This document shows positions 36,411 to 47,789 of a stretch of 64,000 nucleotides of DNA, in pieces. Within the stretch, counting starts at the first letter, position 1. The number at the start of each line of letters is the position of its first letter. The position numbers were made by a program, and so were the translations under genes. The notes beneath the pieces were generated by a model, which saw only the letters and a list, made by a program, of their open reading frames with translations, searched no databases and was not told the DNA's origin. Source of the DNA: Carcharhinus amblyrhynchos (taxonomy: Eukaryota); the NCBI GenBank assembly GCA_965287045.1, contig OZ336901.1, positions 9,114,001 to 9,178,000 on the forward strand. The letters run 5' to 3'.

Positions 36411-36989
36411 TTTTAATTGTACATTAAATGGATGAGATGATGGTCCCTACTTGGACAGTCAGCTGTTGCTCAATATATATAGAAAGGTTGACACTGTTGA
36501 TTGGAGGTCCACAACATGTAAAATGTGTTTGTATAAACAGAAATTTGCGATATATATTCCATGTTCCCTATACATTTAGAGAAATAAGTGATTTCATTGA
36601 GATTTTGCCACACCTGTAACCACGGAAGGACGAGCATACAAATCTGGAATCATACAGGCATTCTCAAGAGGAGCTCCGCTCAGTAGAAGAGAGCTGCTGC
36701 TTGTTTCATGCAGTGACACTAGCTCAATGTCGGAGCTACACAAATAAAGCACCATGAAAGAGAGAGGCTCGTGGGTTCTCTGGAGTCCATAGTGGTGAAG
36801 ATGGATAGGAAGAGAGGTACCATGTTTTTGTGGGGAGGCTGGAAACCTTCAAGGACCATCCTCGGAAAGGAATTCAAGTAGGTGGCCAATGAGGTAATTT
36901 CCTGATTCTTGCCCTAAAGGCCTGGCAGCAATTCCATAAAACATCTAATGGCTACACACATATGATCAAAGTCAGTTAATGCATCTTCA

Positions 36990-37400
36990 TGCATCTTTTA
37001 ACCACCACTTCACCAACCTCTCACATTGCTCAATGCATCACACCCCCATTACTCATCCAGTGGTACTTCTTGGCATTCAGGAATGACGTCAAATACTCTA
37101 CTTCACCACAAGTTGTATTGATGCCAACCTCATACCCAGTTCCTGTTGCCATAAACTTCCAGCTGTTCAGCTGTGCCAGGCATAACACCCACAGCACATC
37201 CTGGTGGAGGGGAGAGAGGCGCAACTCAGCACTGATGAAGAAGTCCCTTCGTGATGTGACACTTACAGCCACCAGCTTATAAAAAGGCGCTCCATTTACC
37301 TTGGAGGCTTGAAAAGGGTTAGAGTTAGATCCAACATAGTCAGGAGGAAAGGATAATTTCCATGTCAGCATATCAGAACTTGCAGATGAGTTGTGCTATG
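36990..37400 (-). mobile_element. Possible very old Tx1/L1-clade ORF2 C-terminal remnant
   Basis: SAELRLSPLHQDVLW resembles the Tx1 'S..L...HQD..W' block; single motif only. Confidence 0.25.
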
Positions 37401-37582
37401 CAGGACTCAGATGAGGACATATAGGAGAATACCAATAGGTGATGGAAAGAGTCATCAATAGTGCTATGAACAGCACTTCCTTAGCAATAACCTGCTTATA
37501 GACACTCAGTTTAGGTTCCGCCAAGTTCACTTAGCTGACCTCATTAAAGTCTTGGATCAAACATAGACAAAAGATATGGGGG

Positions 37583-38446
37583 AGGGGCACAATTCTCCAA
37601 GCTGACTGGCTTCCCAGAGTTTTCCAGTGTTCTGGGAAACATAAGCAGAGGCCATTTAGCGGGCTCCCCGCTGGGCACCATAGCCTCCCTGCATCTCTGG
37701 CCACCAGAATTACTGTGTCATTAGCTGTGCAGCGTGGAGCTGATTAAAATATTTAAATTCAAATTTTAATATCATTAGCAGACCCAGGACTGAAGTCTCC
37801 AGGCCTGCTAGCCTCTCTGCTTCCGCCAGGGGTAGTTCACTCCAGTGGGGTGTACAACAGCTCCCCACTAATGGGGAGCTGGCGGCCCAACCCCGCTGGA
37901 ATGAAAGGGGGGGCCATGGAGTCCCTCCAGGAGGTCAGGAGTAATAGGGTGACCCTGGGCATTGCCAACTTGGCAGTGCCAGTCTGCCCAAATGGCACTT
38001 TGGTACTGCCCACAAGGCACTGGCAGTGCCAGATGGGCAGGACGGGAGCTGGGGGAGGGGCTATGTGGAAGGAGATCAGTGGGGGTAGCGCCTGCCACTT
38101 CACACTTGGGATTGGTAACAGGGAGGGAAGGGCTGATTGAGGCAGGCCGGTGGAGTGGTCAGGACTGGCCTGAAAACATCTGAAAGGACAGCGACCAGGG
38201 ATTGGGGTGGCGGGGGGCAGAATTGGAGGGCAGCAATGGACAGTTGGAGGTCGGCAGTGTGGGACTATTCAATGCTATAGTGCCAGCCTCCTCGCCACTG
38301 ATTTTCATCGTGACTCTTGCTAGGGAACTCTGTGATGCACACAGTGTCGAAGAATCATTTTGAAAATCCCACTGAAAAGAACAGAGGGATTTACGCCAAT
38401 TTTTACACGAATTGGCACTTAGAATTTATTTGGGAGGATCCCGGCC
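37583..38446. mobile_element. TIR element of the GCACTTAGAA family, inserted in a family-B LINE fragment
   Basis: GGGGCACAATTCTCC ... GGCACTTAGAA..GGGAGGATCCCGGCC. Flanks (gacctcatta..caaacatagacaaaag / gagagtgactgc) are colinear LINE sequence. Confidence 0.65.
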
Positions 38447-38964
38447 ATGAACTATGGAGTTAAATTGAGAGTGACTGCATTTGACCAAGCCTTAGCAAAA
38501 CTGGAGTTAAAAGGAACTAGGGGGAAGACTGTGCTGGTTGGTGCCTTACAGGATACGTACATGGAACAGAGATTGCATTTCAGAGAAAAAAAGGGAAAAT
38601 CTCTGTGATACATTTTTAGATTAAAATGTTGAGGTGGAAATGTAACAAATCTATTGTTGGAGCAGATTTGTCAAATGTAACTACAGGAATTTTTGGTGAA
38701 CTTTGATTTTAAGCAGACTAACTTCTAAAAAACAATTCTCAAGATTCATTCTGACTGGCAACACAGATATTTATGGCCCATCTGCAGTTCCCATGACTGA
38801 GTGCTCAATCATTTCAAAAGATGGTTAAGAGAGATAGAGCAGTACTTCATGGTTCCCTTGCCTGCCCTGAGATCTGCCTCACATTTTACAGGGGTTGGCT
38901 ACCAGGTAGCCTAACCCATATTGATGTATTTAATAGCCAATGAAATAGCCAGTTAAGCACCAAT

Positions 38965-39066
38965 ACCAAAGGCGAAAATTCTGGAAAATCTCAGCAGGTC
39001 TGGCTGCATCTGTAACGAGAGAAAACAGCTGACATTTCAAGTCCAGATGACCCTTTGTCAAAGCTC
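38965..39066 (-). mobile_element. Penelope-like terminal repeat
   Basis: ctggaaaatctcagcaggtctgg..gcatctgtaa.gagagaaaa.agctgac.tttc.agtccagatgaccctttgtcaaagct. Confidence 0.65.
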
Positions 39067-39609
39067 TATTAGGCACCAATACCTACAGTCTACATTTACC
39101 TACAGTCAGGTCTCCATTAACTCCTCTTCTTCGGGGACTGGCTGTAATTCCCAGCAGTGGCCACTGCTTGAACTTGGTGCTGCTGGAGGTATAAGCTGCT
39201 GGCCATCCAATTGATCAGCAGTTCCCCGAGGCTCCCCACAAGGGCCAGTAATCTCAACCTCAACCAGTTAACACCCCACTGGCTCTTTGAGCGACAGAGC
39301 AGGAAACGCTGCCAACTGGAAAATCCTGCCCATGGAATTATACCTTCAAGTAGTGAAGTAGCCATTTGGCCGACTCTTCGCAAAAAGCTATAGAATTAGT
39401 CCTATTCTCCTGTGTTATGATGACCACAAAGGCCATGGGGGATCAGGGCTTCATGGAATACAAGCTGCATTATTGAGCAAGTGGAGGCAAGGCCAGTGGG
39501 AAAGCAGCCAGCAGGAGTTTTTAAGGCTGTATCTTTACCTGAACTAGAGTTGTAGGTCCTGAAATAGACTGACTTTAGGCCATAGGAACAGCCTTTTCCT
39601 TTGGTGCAC

Positions 39610-39830
39610 AATAAAGGGTGTTGGTGATGGAAACTAGCATGTGGCTGAATAGCTACACCCTGCTCTTTCCTCAAAGCCCTGCAATTCTTCCCCTTTTAAT
39701 CATATATCCAATTCCCTTTGGAAGGTTAATGTTGAATCTACTTCAACCATACTTTCAGGCTGTACATTTCAACTTTTTGTGTAAAAAAAGATTTCCTCAT
39801 CTCCCCCTTGGCTCTTTTGTCAAATATCTT
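39610..39830 (-). mobile_element. CR1 3' fragment
   Basis: ccaattccctttggaag...caggc...gtaaaaaaagatttcctcatctcccc, inverse of the FF..R..WN region. Confidence 0.55.
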
Positions 39831-40139
39831 AAAGCTGTCAACGACACTGGATGTTGGACTAGAACCACAAATAATCCAGGTGATAATAGCCAGTTTCTTC
39901 CCCTAAAGGATGCTATGAGAACTGATTGAGTGTTTAGCAACAATCTAATATCTCCATGGTCATTTTTGCTGATACCTGAGAAAGGTTTGGAGGTAGGGAG
40001 GCATTTTATCAGATGGGAGAGTGATAGGTGGTGACCAGTGCTTTTTCGGCTCTGCCCCAATTAAGTCTGGGGCGGGAAGTCTAGTGGATGACTGAACTGA
40101 CGTGCATTTAATTGAAGTCCTTAAGTGGGAAATTAATGT

Positions 40140-40335
40140 AAAAACCCACCAAGTTCACTAATATCTTTTAGAGAAGGAAATTTTCTATCCTCATTTGACC
40201 TGGTCAGTATGTGATTCTGACCCACAGCAATGTGGTTAATCTTTACTGTCCTCTAAAATGACCCAGCAAGCCAATCAGTTCAAATGCAATTAGGGATGGG
40301 CCACAAACCAGTAATGCCCACTTCTCAAAACATTT
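40140..40335 (+). mobile_element. SINE core (probably Deu/SacSINE1-type) with family-B-like tail
   Basis: aaaaccc...gttcactaat..ctttag.gaaggaaa...cccacagcaatgtggtt...caattagggatggg; related copies at 46620-46890 and 57705-57820. Confidence 0.6.
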
Positions 40336-41699
40336 ATAAAGTGCTCAATTGGCACTTAATTATCAGCAAAGAAGGTCATGTGGGGCTTTTGCCAGTTCTC
40401 CAGCCACCAGGCGAGACCCTGGTTGCCAACATTAAATTTTATTTCCAGGATTTTTTGAAATGGAATTTTGAAGATTCAAACTGGAATGGTGGGTCTTGAA
40501 GTAGTGTTTTCTGGATTAGTAGTCCAAGTCTCCAGATTACTAGACATTACCATTATATTACTTAATTATACTACATTATACTGATCATAATAATTGCATT
40601 TGCATTATTTGGCTCGATGTATTCCTCCATTACAGTGAAATGTTTCTGAAGGTTTAGAAGCACTTTTGTCAAAAATTTCAGTCCTACAAATTGAAAAATA
40701 ATTTTGTATTTAAAACACATCATTTTTGAAATGAAGCAGGAAACCAATCAATTGCATTCCTCATTGTACAAACACATAAAACTGAAGTTTCTTTGTAACA
40801 TTTGCGGCTCAAACAAAATTCAAGGTCTTGCATGAAATAAAAATGCATAATATTCTACACATGACTGTTTAGTCATTAAGTTAATAGGTGAAGGAAGAAA
40901 ATTCAATTCAGAATGATAGTCCATGCTTACCAGGCAATGAGGAAATTAAGTCACATTGTGGTGCTACTGTAGAGCTACATCAATTCCCTTAGGCAGGCAG
41001 TGACCACCCCCACCACACATCATCCATCTTTGATATGAGCACATGCAGATACATCTTCTGCATGCACCTGAATATGTGGAAAAAACTCTATGCTGATGTC
41101 TCACAGCCTTACCAAATTATACGATGCCATAATATTAAATTTCAGAACACAGATCCTGGCATTGGCCAGAAATGAAAAAAAAAGCATGAAACATCAAGGT
41201 GGGCCCTGCAGTACCATTATTACCTGATCGCAGGTAAGTTACATTTTTGGAACTTTTTCTATTGGAATGTATCTTAGAGTCCTCTGATTCTTTTTCATAG
41301 TGTTTTGGTTCATTTGCCAGGGAATGTTGCTGCATGTGATTACATAGGAGTAGGAAACCAGTCTGCAGGACCACAGGGAGATGAAAGAGAGGCTGTGAAG
41401 AGGGCAAGCTCTGAGCCATGTTCTCTGTAATCTTGGACTGAAAATCCTCCACACTCCCTCAACACTGATGGAAGTTATCTTGCAGGCTAGCCAGTATACT
41501 CAGCATCAGGCCGCCTCAACAAAGAACAAAGAACAACACAGCACAGGAAACAGGCCCTTTGGCCCTACAAGCCCACGCCGCCCATTTTAACACTCAGCCA
41601 GTGCCTCACTCCAATCCTTCTTCTACCTACGACTTTTGTCTACATCTCGTGGACTTCACAATAAAGGGGTGCAAATTTAGAGAATTATATGTGCGCCAG

Positions 41700-41915
41700 A
41701 TTAAGGGAGGTCCAATTTAGGGACAATTTATTAACGCCAGTCAGCCTAAAAGCACATTTTTGGGGTGTGGGAGGAAACCGTAGCACCCAGAGAAAACCCA
41801 TGCAAGCACGGGGAGAACGTGCAAACTCCCACAGACGCCGACCCAAGCCGGAGATCTGACCCGGGTCCCTGTAACTGCACAGCAAACAGTGATAAGTCAC
41901 TGAGCTGTCGTGTTG
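41700..41915 (-). mobile_element. Divergent HE1-like SINE
   Basis: tgtgggaggaaaccg.agcaccc.gagaaaaccca..ca..cacggggagaacgtgcaaactcc..acagac..gacccaagccgg. Confidence 0.75.
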
Positions 41916-42219
41916 CTCGTCAATTGGTCCAGTTTAAGCATACACTAACGACGTGAAGTACTAGGCAACTCTCGAAGCAACATCCAAGAGCAGCCCTCGC
42001 ACGACCCACCACGTCTATGCCCCTTCATGGCCAACAAGGCAGACCAAATCGCCTGTGGATGTAAAAAAGAGACATCAATAAACATATACATCCTATACAG
42101 ACATTAACGGAAGATCCCCAGTAGCTCCAACGTAAGAAACAAGTGAGCCATAAAATATGTTGGACGGCCCATAGGAATCTGTTAATTCCCAGGAATGTCC
42201 TGAGGATCTTGATCCTCAA

Positions 42220-42965
42220 CTAGAACATTCTTTTGTATCCCTCCATCTCTAGTCTGCTCATGTGCCTATCTGGGTAAGCCTTAAACAACTCTAGCGTGTC
42301 TGCCTCCACCACCCTACTTGGCAGTGTATTCCAGGCCCCCACAACGCTCTGTGTGAAAAACCTCCCTCGAACATCTGAATTATACCTCGTCCCTCTTACC
42401 TTAACCCCGTGACCCCTCATGATTTTTGCATCCAACCTGGGAAAAAGCTTCCCACTGTTCACTCTATCTATACCCTTCATAATCTTATACACCTCTATTA
42501 GGTCTCCCCTCATTCTCTGTCTTTCCAGGGAGAACAACCCCAATTTGCCCAATCTCTCCTCATAGCTAAGACCCTCCATACCAGGCAGCATCCTGGTAAT
42601 CCTCCTCTGCACTCTCTCCAAGGCCTCCACGTCCTTCCGGTAGTGCAGCGACCAGAACTGGACGCAGTACTCCAAATGTGGTCTAACCAACGTTCTATAC
42701 AACTGCAACATTACACGCCAGCTTTTATACTCTATACCCCTTCCTATAAAGGCAAGCATACCATATGCCTTCTTTACCACCTTCTCCACCTGTGCTGCCA
42801 CCTTCAAGGACTTTTGAACTTGCACATCTAGGTCCCTCTGTGTTTCTATACTCTTAATTGTCCTCCCATTTATTGTATAACTCCCCTCTATGTTATTTCT
42901 TCCAAAATGCATCACCTCGCATTTATCTGGATTAAATTCCATCTGCCATTTCACCACCCAATTCA
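42220..42965 (-). CDS. CR1 ORF2 C-terminal ~248 codons (5'-truncated)
   Basis: WQMEFNPDKCEVMHFG, QRDL, KKAYGMLAFI, LVRPHLEYCVQFW, RMRGDLIEVYKIM, FFTQSVVGAWNTLP; no stops. Confidence 0.85.
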
Positions 42966-43129
42966 ACCTCAACTTTAACTTTGAATCTTGAGGATATACA
43001 TAGCATGAGGGTGATTAAGAAGCCGTAGGCACTTAGTGGGCATGGGTGAATACATGACATTAGAAAGGTCACCATTGTATTGAATGTTTTACATTAAATG
43101 TCACTTTGTTCACCCACAGAGTATCCACC

Positions 43130-43750
43130 TTGTCTTTCATGCCACCAAGCTTAGGGAACCACCATGCTCACCCAGCGCTTCATCCTTGTGGAGTGTGAGA
43201 ATGGCAATGCTATGTCCCTCGCACACCAGTGACGCAGTAAAAAGCAGTGACACTGCTGCTGGCATTCTCCCATCTCCATGGAGCCTATCCCTCAAACCCC
43301 ATCCAAACAAGGGTGAACCACTTTGCTCTCCCCCTCCTCCATCAAAGAACACACCTCTCATGTTTAATTATGTTGTCTAATGAGCTGTTGAGGTGCTGCC
43401 AGGCTGCCCACTTCAGCTATAAGATGAATATAAACACCAGGACCCCTGTCAAGGATGGGACCTGTAGCAGCTGACGTCACATATCCTGAGTTTCTGAGCC
43501 CGATGATAAGCCATTCAATGACAGTACGTGTTATACTCTCTGTCAGGTAGGAATCAGACATATTGCTGAGGATGAGAGGAGCATCTCTCTGTCCTCAATA
43601 CAAGGCATCATCATTTTCCCCAGAAGCCAGCCAATAACTTCAGCACCCTGGGCATGACATCTGGTAACTGCAGGGGAGCGTACTGCTGGCACCACAGAAT
43701 TGGTGGGAGAGCTATTTGCTTCTTAGTCTGCTCATCCCCGAAGTGAGAAG
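43130..43750 (-). pseudogene. Possible PIF/Harbinger (HARBI1-like) transposase remnant
   Basis: Minus-strand GWLLG (43618-43632), then TRTVIE..IG ~100 nt later, then LDRG: order and spacing fit Harbinger DDE blocks. Confidence 0.4.
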
Positions 43751-46039
43751 CAGTTATGTCATCCCTAACATGTCGGCCTGGTCAAGCCCTCTCCATTGCC
43801 TTGGGTTCTTCCACCTCCTCCTCTGGCACTGAATCTCAGACATTTGAAGTTACGATGACCGACCATCAGCATAACCTCAGTTGGTACCTACGGATCTGTG
43901 TTGTTTCTCCTGGAACAGCGACAGGTCCAGCCTCTCTTCTGCAGTGTGCTGGTCTTGGCCTTGTGCTGTGGCATTTTGGTGCCTCTGCTGCTGCTCTATA
44001 GAAATAGGATAGCCTCGTGAGCATGAACTGAAGACCACAGTGTGCTGCATGGGTTTGTGAGGGAGTCCGTACCCTCATCTCTCAATTCCTTTGGGTCTAC
44101 CATCCAATCACAGTATACTCAGCAGGTGCCTCAACACCATTATTCACACCCTCCTTTCTGATGCATCTTTGCATTGATCCCTGCCAAATCCAGCAGGATG
44201 CAGCTCATGGACCTTCCAGGGTCTTAGTGGCACCAAATGCCCCCATTCCCCTAGCCCCCCCAAGCCCTCCCCAAAGAAACCTGGCATCATGCTAGTAGGC
44301 ATTTGAGCTGCATATGACTAGCGTTTGCATCCTCACGGGGTGCCTTGACGACTACTCATGCCATTTGAGGTAACGATAGACATCACCATCATGCCTTGCA
44401 TAAGGGGACATATCAGTGTTATCTGTGTGACATTGCAGCCTTTCTGGGAATGTCAGCTCAGTCCCTGGGAATCTAGCTTGCCATGAGTTAAAAAAGTTGG
44501 CCTCACATGTCAATCAATTCAAGGGCAATTAGGGATAGGCAACATATGCAGACCTAGCCAGTGAAGCCCTTATCCCATGGAAAAACAAAGGAAAAAATAA
44601 TTGAGTGCACAGGCACAGCAGAGTGGGCTGTACTGACATACATATGTAGCCTGCTCAGGCTTTTAGTGACTAGAGACAGATTGAAGCTGTTTCAGTCATT
44701 TCTTTTGAGACTCCTTCCTAGAATAAAGATTTCGTAAAGCTGTTTTCATGGAGAAGCATCCTGTTGCTAGTTTTGTAATTGAATGTATTTTATTAAAATT
44801 TCTTGACTAAAACAGCTTTATGTTTTGCAGGGTAATAAATTCACCAAATGTACATAAGCCAAAATGTATGTTAACTACTGGTTTCCCAATTCTCAAAAAT
44901 CTGGGCAATCGAACCAAAAAAAACACCCAAGTAAACATACCCTAGCACAAAGTTAAGCATAATCAGAACAGCAGGAGCTGCAATATATTTTGGCAAAAAA
45001 AAATGAGCCACAAATCTAGTATTAGACATAAACTTTTCTGCCCTGTATATTTCAGAAAAGTAACACAAACTCAAGAGCTTTGAACTTTGTCACCTAGGTT
45101 AACCTTTTCTTTTCTTCTCAGACTTTTCCCATGCCTTTTGTTTTCCTTGGCTACAAAGGTCTTTTTTGGTTCCCATTTAATATTTTTTCTTGTCTATAAG
45201 AACTATTGCCAATGGAATGGACAAGCGCCAAAACAGTTTAAGAAATGTTTTTAGGCCTCAAGTGCTGTTGTAATTGAAACAATGAAAACCTGCACAAAAA
45301 CAGCTGAACCAACAGAAAACAATGGCAGGTTTCTCACAACTACAGTACACTGCGGTGGACACTATAGGCAATAGGCAATAGTCCACTGTAAATTAAAACA
45401 TTAGTATTATTTGGGCTGCCATACAATTCAATGTTTTTAATCAAATCATTAAAAGGATCTTTTTATTAATTTTGAAAAATGTACCTGCAAAGTGTTATTC
45501 AATGAGGTTTTTTATTCTCTTCTAATGTATGTCATTATAACAACAAAACTGTAATTTTATCCAGAATATGAATACTGTAGTACACTAGCAGATGTGTATA
45601 TGCTACAGGGAGTAGTTTGTCTAAAGATCTGACAGTATGGCATTTATATTCTGCAGGGGTATGTATAACCATGTCCAAAGAACTCAGCCAATACAAATAT
45701 GGCCAGATCAGAGCAACATGCTAGAAAGAGGCTTTCTGTAACTGTGTAAGGGAATGGTAGAAAACACAAGATATTGAAGCCTTGCTGCAGAAGGGATGTA
45801 TAAGGATTGACTTCTGAAATGACTTATGATTATTTCTGTATGTTACTCTACTTTTGCTCTCTCTGTAGTTGTGATGGCACTTTTTTCCATCAGGTTGCAT
45901 CACCTGCCATTGCCTGACCTAGCATTTTTGTTTGGCTGTATAACAGCAGAGAATGTAATTCTACAATGACATTGAACCATGGAAGGAATGGATCAGCTGT
46001 ACTCAAAAGGCTGCCAGAGGGAGGCTCACACCAGTAAGA

Positions 46040-46310
46040 TGCAAGTTGGAAAGTTAGCTGATGGTACAAGGGCTAGGGACCACGATTTAAGGCTTTCGGC
46101 ATGAGATCCAGAGGGAATGTGAGGAAGAATTTTTTTTTTACACAGTGAGTAGTAATGAACTCACTGCCTACAATAGTGGAAACAGAGACAATCAGTGATT
46201 TCAATAGGAAATTGCATGGCCAAATGAAGGAAATATGAGGATAGAATGGAGAAATGGGACTGACTGGATTGCTCCACAGACAGCTGGCACAAACTGTTTT
46301 GTATCATAAA
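46040..46310 (+). mobile_element. CR1 3' fragment
   Basis: ctagggaccac.atttaagg...gaggaagaatttttttt.acacagtgagt... Confidence 0.65.
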
Positions 46311-46619
46311 TGAGTCCGTGACATGTTCAGAGTGCTCGCTTCTACACATGCCATTTCTGAATAGGTAGATTGGGCAAAATTTTGTTGTAAAAATCAGAAA
46401 TTAGACAACTGGATTTCAATATCCTGGTTTGCCTTCATTTAATGAAGGCAAGCTCAGGAAACTGAGTTTGAACATGGTGTATTGCTTCAAGAAAGGGAGA
46501 TCGCGTGAAACAGTTAATTGCCTCATTTGCACTCAAAGATCCATGGCAACAGTACTATACCCACGTACCAAAATTTCTAGAATTGCTGCATTTACCATTA
46601 CGCCACAACCAGCTTCAGT

Positions 46620-46890
46620 AGCTTTGTGGTTATGAATTAGAAATCCAGATGTCTGTGAATTCAGATAATAAGTGAAATTAGTAATTTTTGGACTGAAAAT
46701 TGCTGGATTATTGTCAAAAGCCTAACTGGTTTAGTCATGTCCTTTAGAAACGAAAACCTGCCACCCTTACCTGTTATCGTCCTGCCTAAATGTGATTGCA
46801 GTTGCCTATGCCTTGATTGTTAATGACCTCAGAACAACTAAAGGTGGACAACAAATACTGCCCTGGCAGCATGTCCCACATTCCTAGAAA
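46620..46890 (+). mobile_element. SINE (probably Deu/SacSINE1-type), decayed
   Basis: ggattattgtcaaaa.c..actggtt...atgtccttta..aaacctgccacccttacc. Confidence 0.5.
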
Positions 46891-47789
46891 AAAGCAAAGG
46901 AGCTTGTAAAAAGAGAGACCATTTAGACATTTGCACTCACTGAGTATCATACCTTAATTATGGCTCTGAATTTAGTTGAAGTCTGCATCTAGTATAATCT
47001 TTGTAAAATTTTCAAGACTGACTGGTTTTGAGTCTGAGTTTACAAGCATCCTGTGGCAAGTATAATTGTTGGGCAAACTGTGCATGATTTCATTGAGTCA
47101 GTATAATCCTAAATTACAAAAACTGTGTGTGACATAACTAGGATGAACCAGAACTGCTATAGATTTTGCCTGTCAGAATCCGAAGTGCATTGACTTTTTG
47201 TTCAATTGTTTTTTACCCTTATATTTAAATTGGGAATTGAGCAGATTGTTTCTCTTGTGAATTTCTCAGAAATTATTTCTGCCAATTCCTCTGAAAGGCA
47301 GTAATGTTTCATTCACAGATGGTATATTACAAAAGACAAACAAAAGTTAAAAAGCTTACAAAAGTTTTTTTAAGGGGTGGAAGAGAATGAGTCATTTTAC
47401 AAACATATGGGGAGGGGAAAAGAAAGAACCAGAGTGCATTGCAATTACAGAAGCGAGGAGAAGGGAGAGGAGAGCACTGCACTACATTCTGCAAGGCAGG
47501 GAAACATTATGCATTGCAGGCAGGAGGGAAAGGATTGAGGCACATTGCAAACAGAGGGAGGAGAGTGGAAGGGATACTTTTAAGAAAAGAATCAATTTCA
47601 TATCACAAGCTGAGGAAAATGTTAAGGCAGTAGAGGTGCAAAATATCCTGATGATAATTAGTCCACAAACAAACATTTACAATGAAATGTCACTCAAGTA
47701 AAATTTACTGAAAAAAAGTAAATGCGTTGTTTGGGTTTAAAATTAAACATTTGTTTCAACTAAAAAGTCCTTATGAAGGTGCAGGCTTC

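Larger units (their letters stand above)
41521..42965 (-). mobile_element. Young 5'-truncated CR1 LINE, apparently with an extended 3' region containing a SINE
   Basis: Uninterrupted ORF2 C-terminus at 42220-42965; CR1-type tail (TTCTTTG)n at 41521-41535. Confidence 0.7.

Noticed and set aside
47430-47600. Purine-rich GCATTGCA-containing repeats and overlapping short ORFs
   Set aside because: Low-complexity degenerate minisatellite; no evidence of coding.
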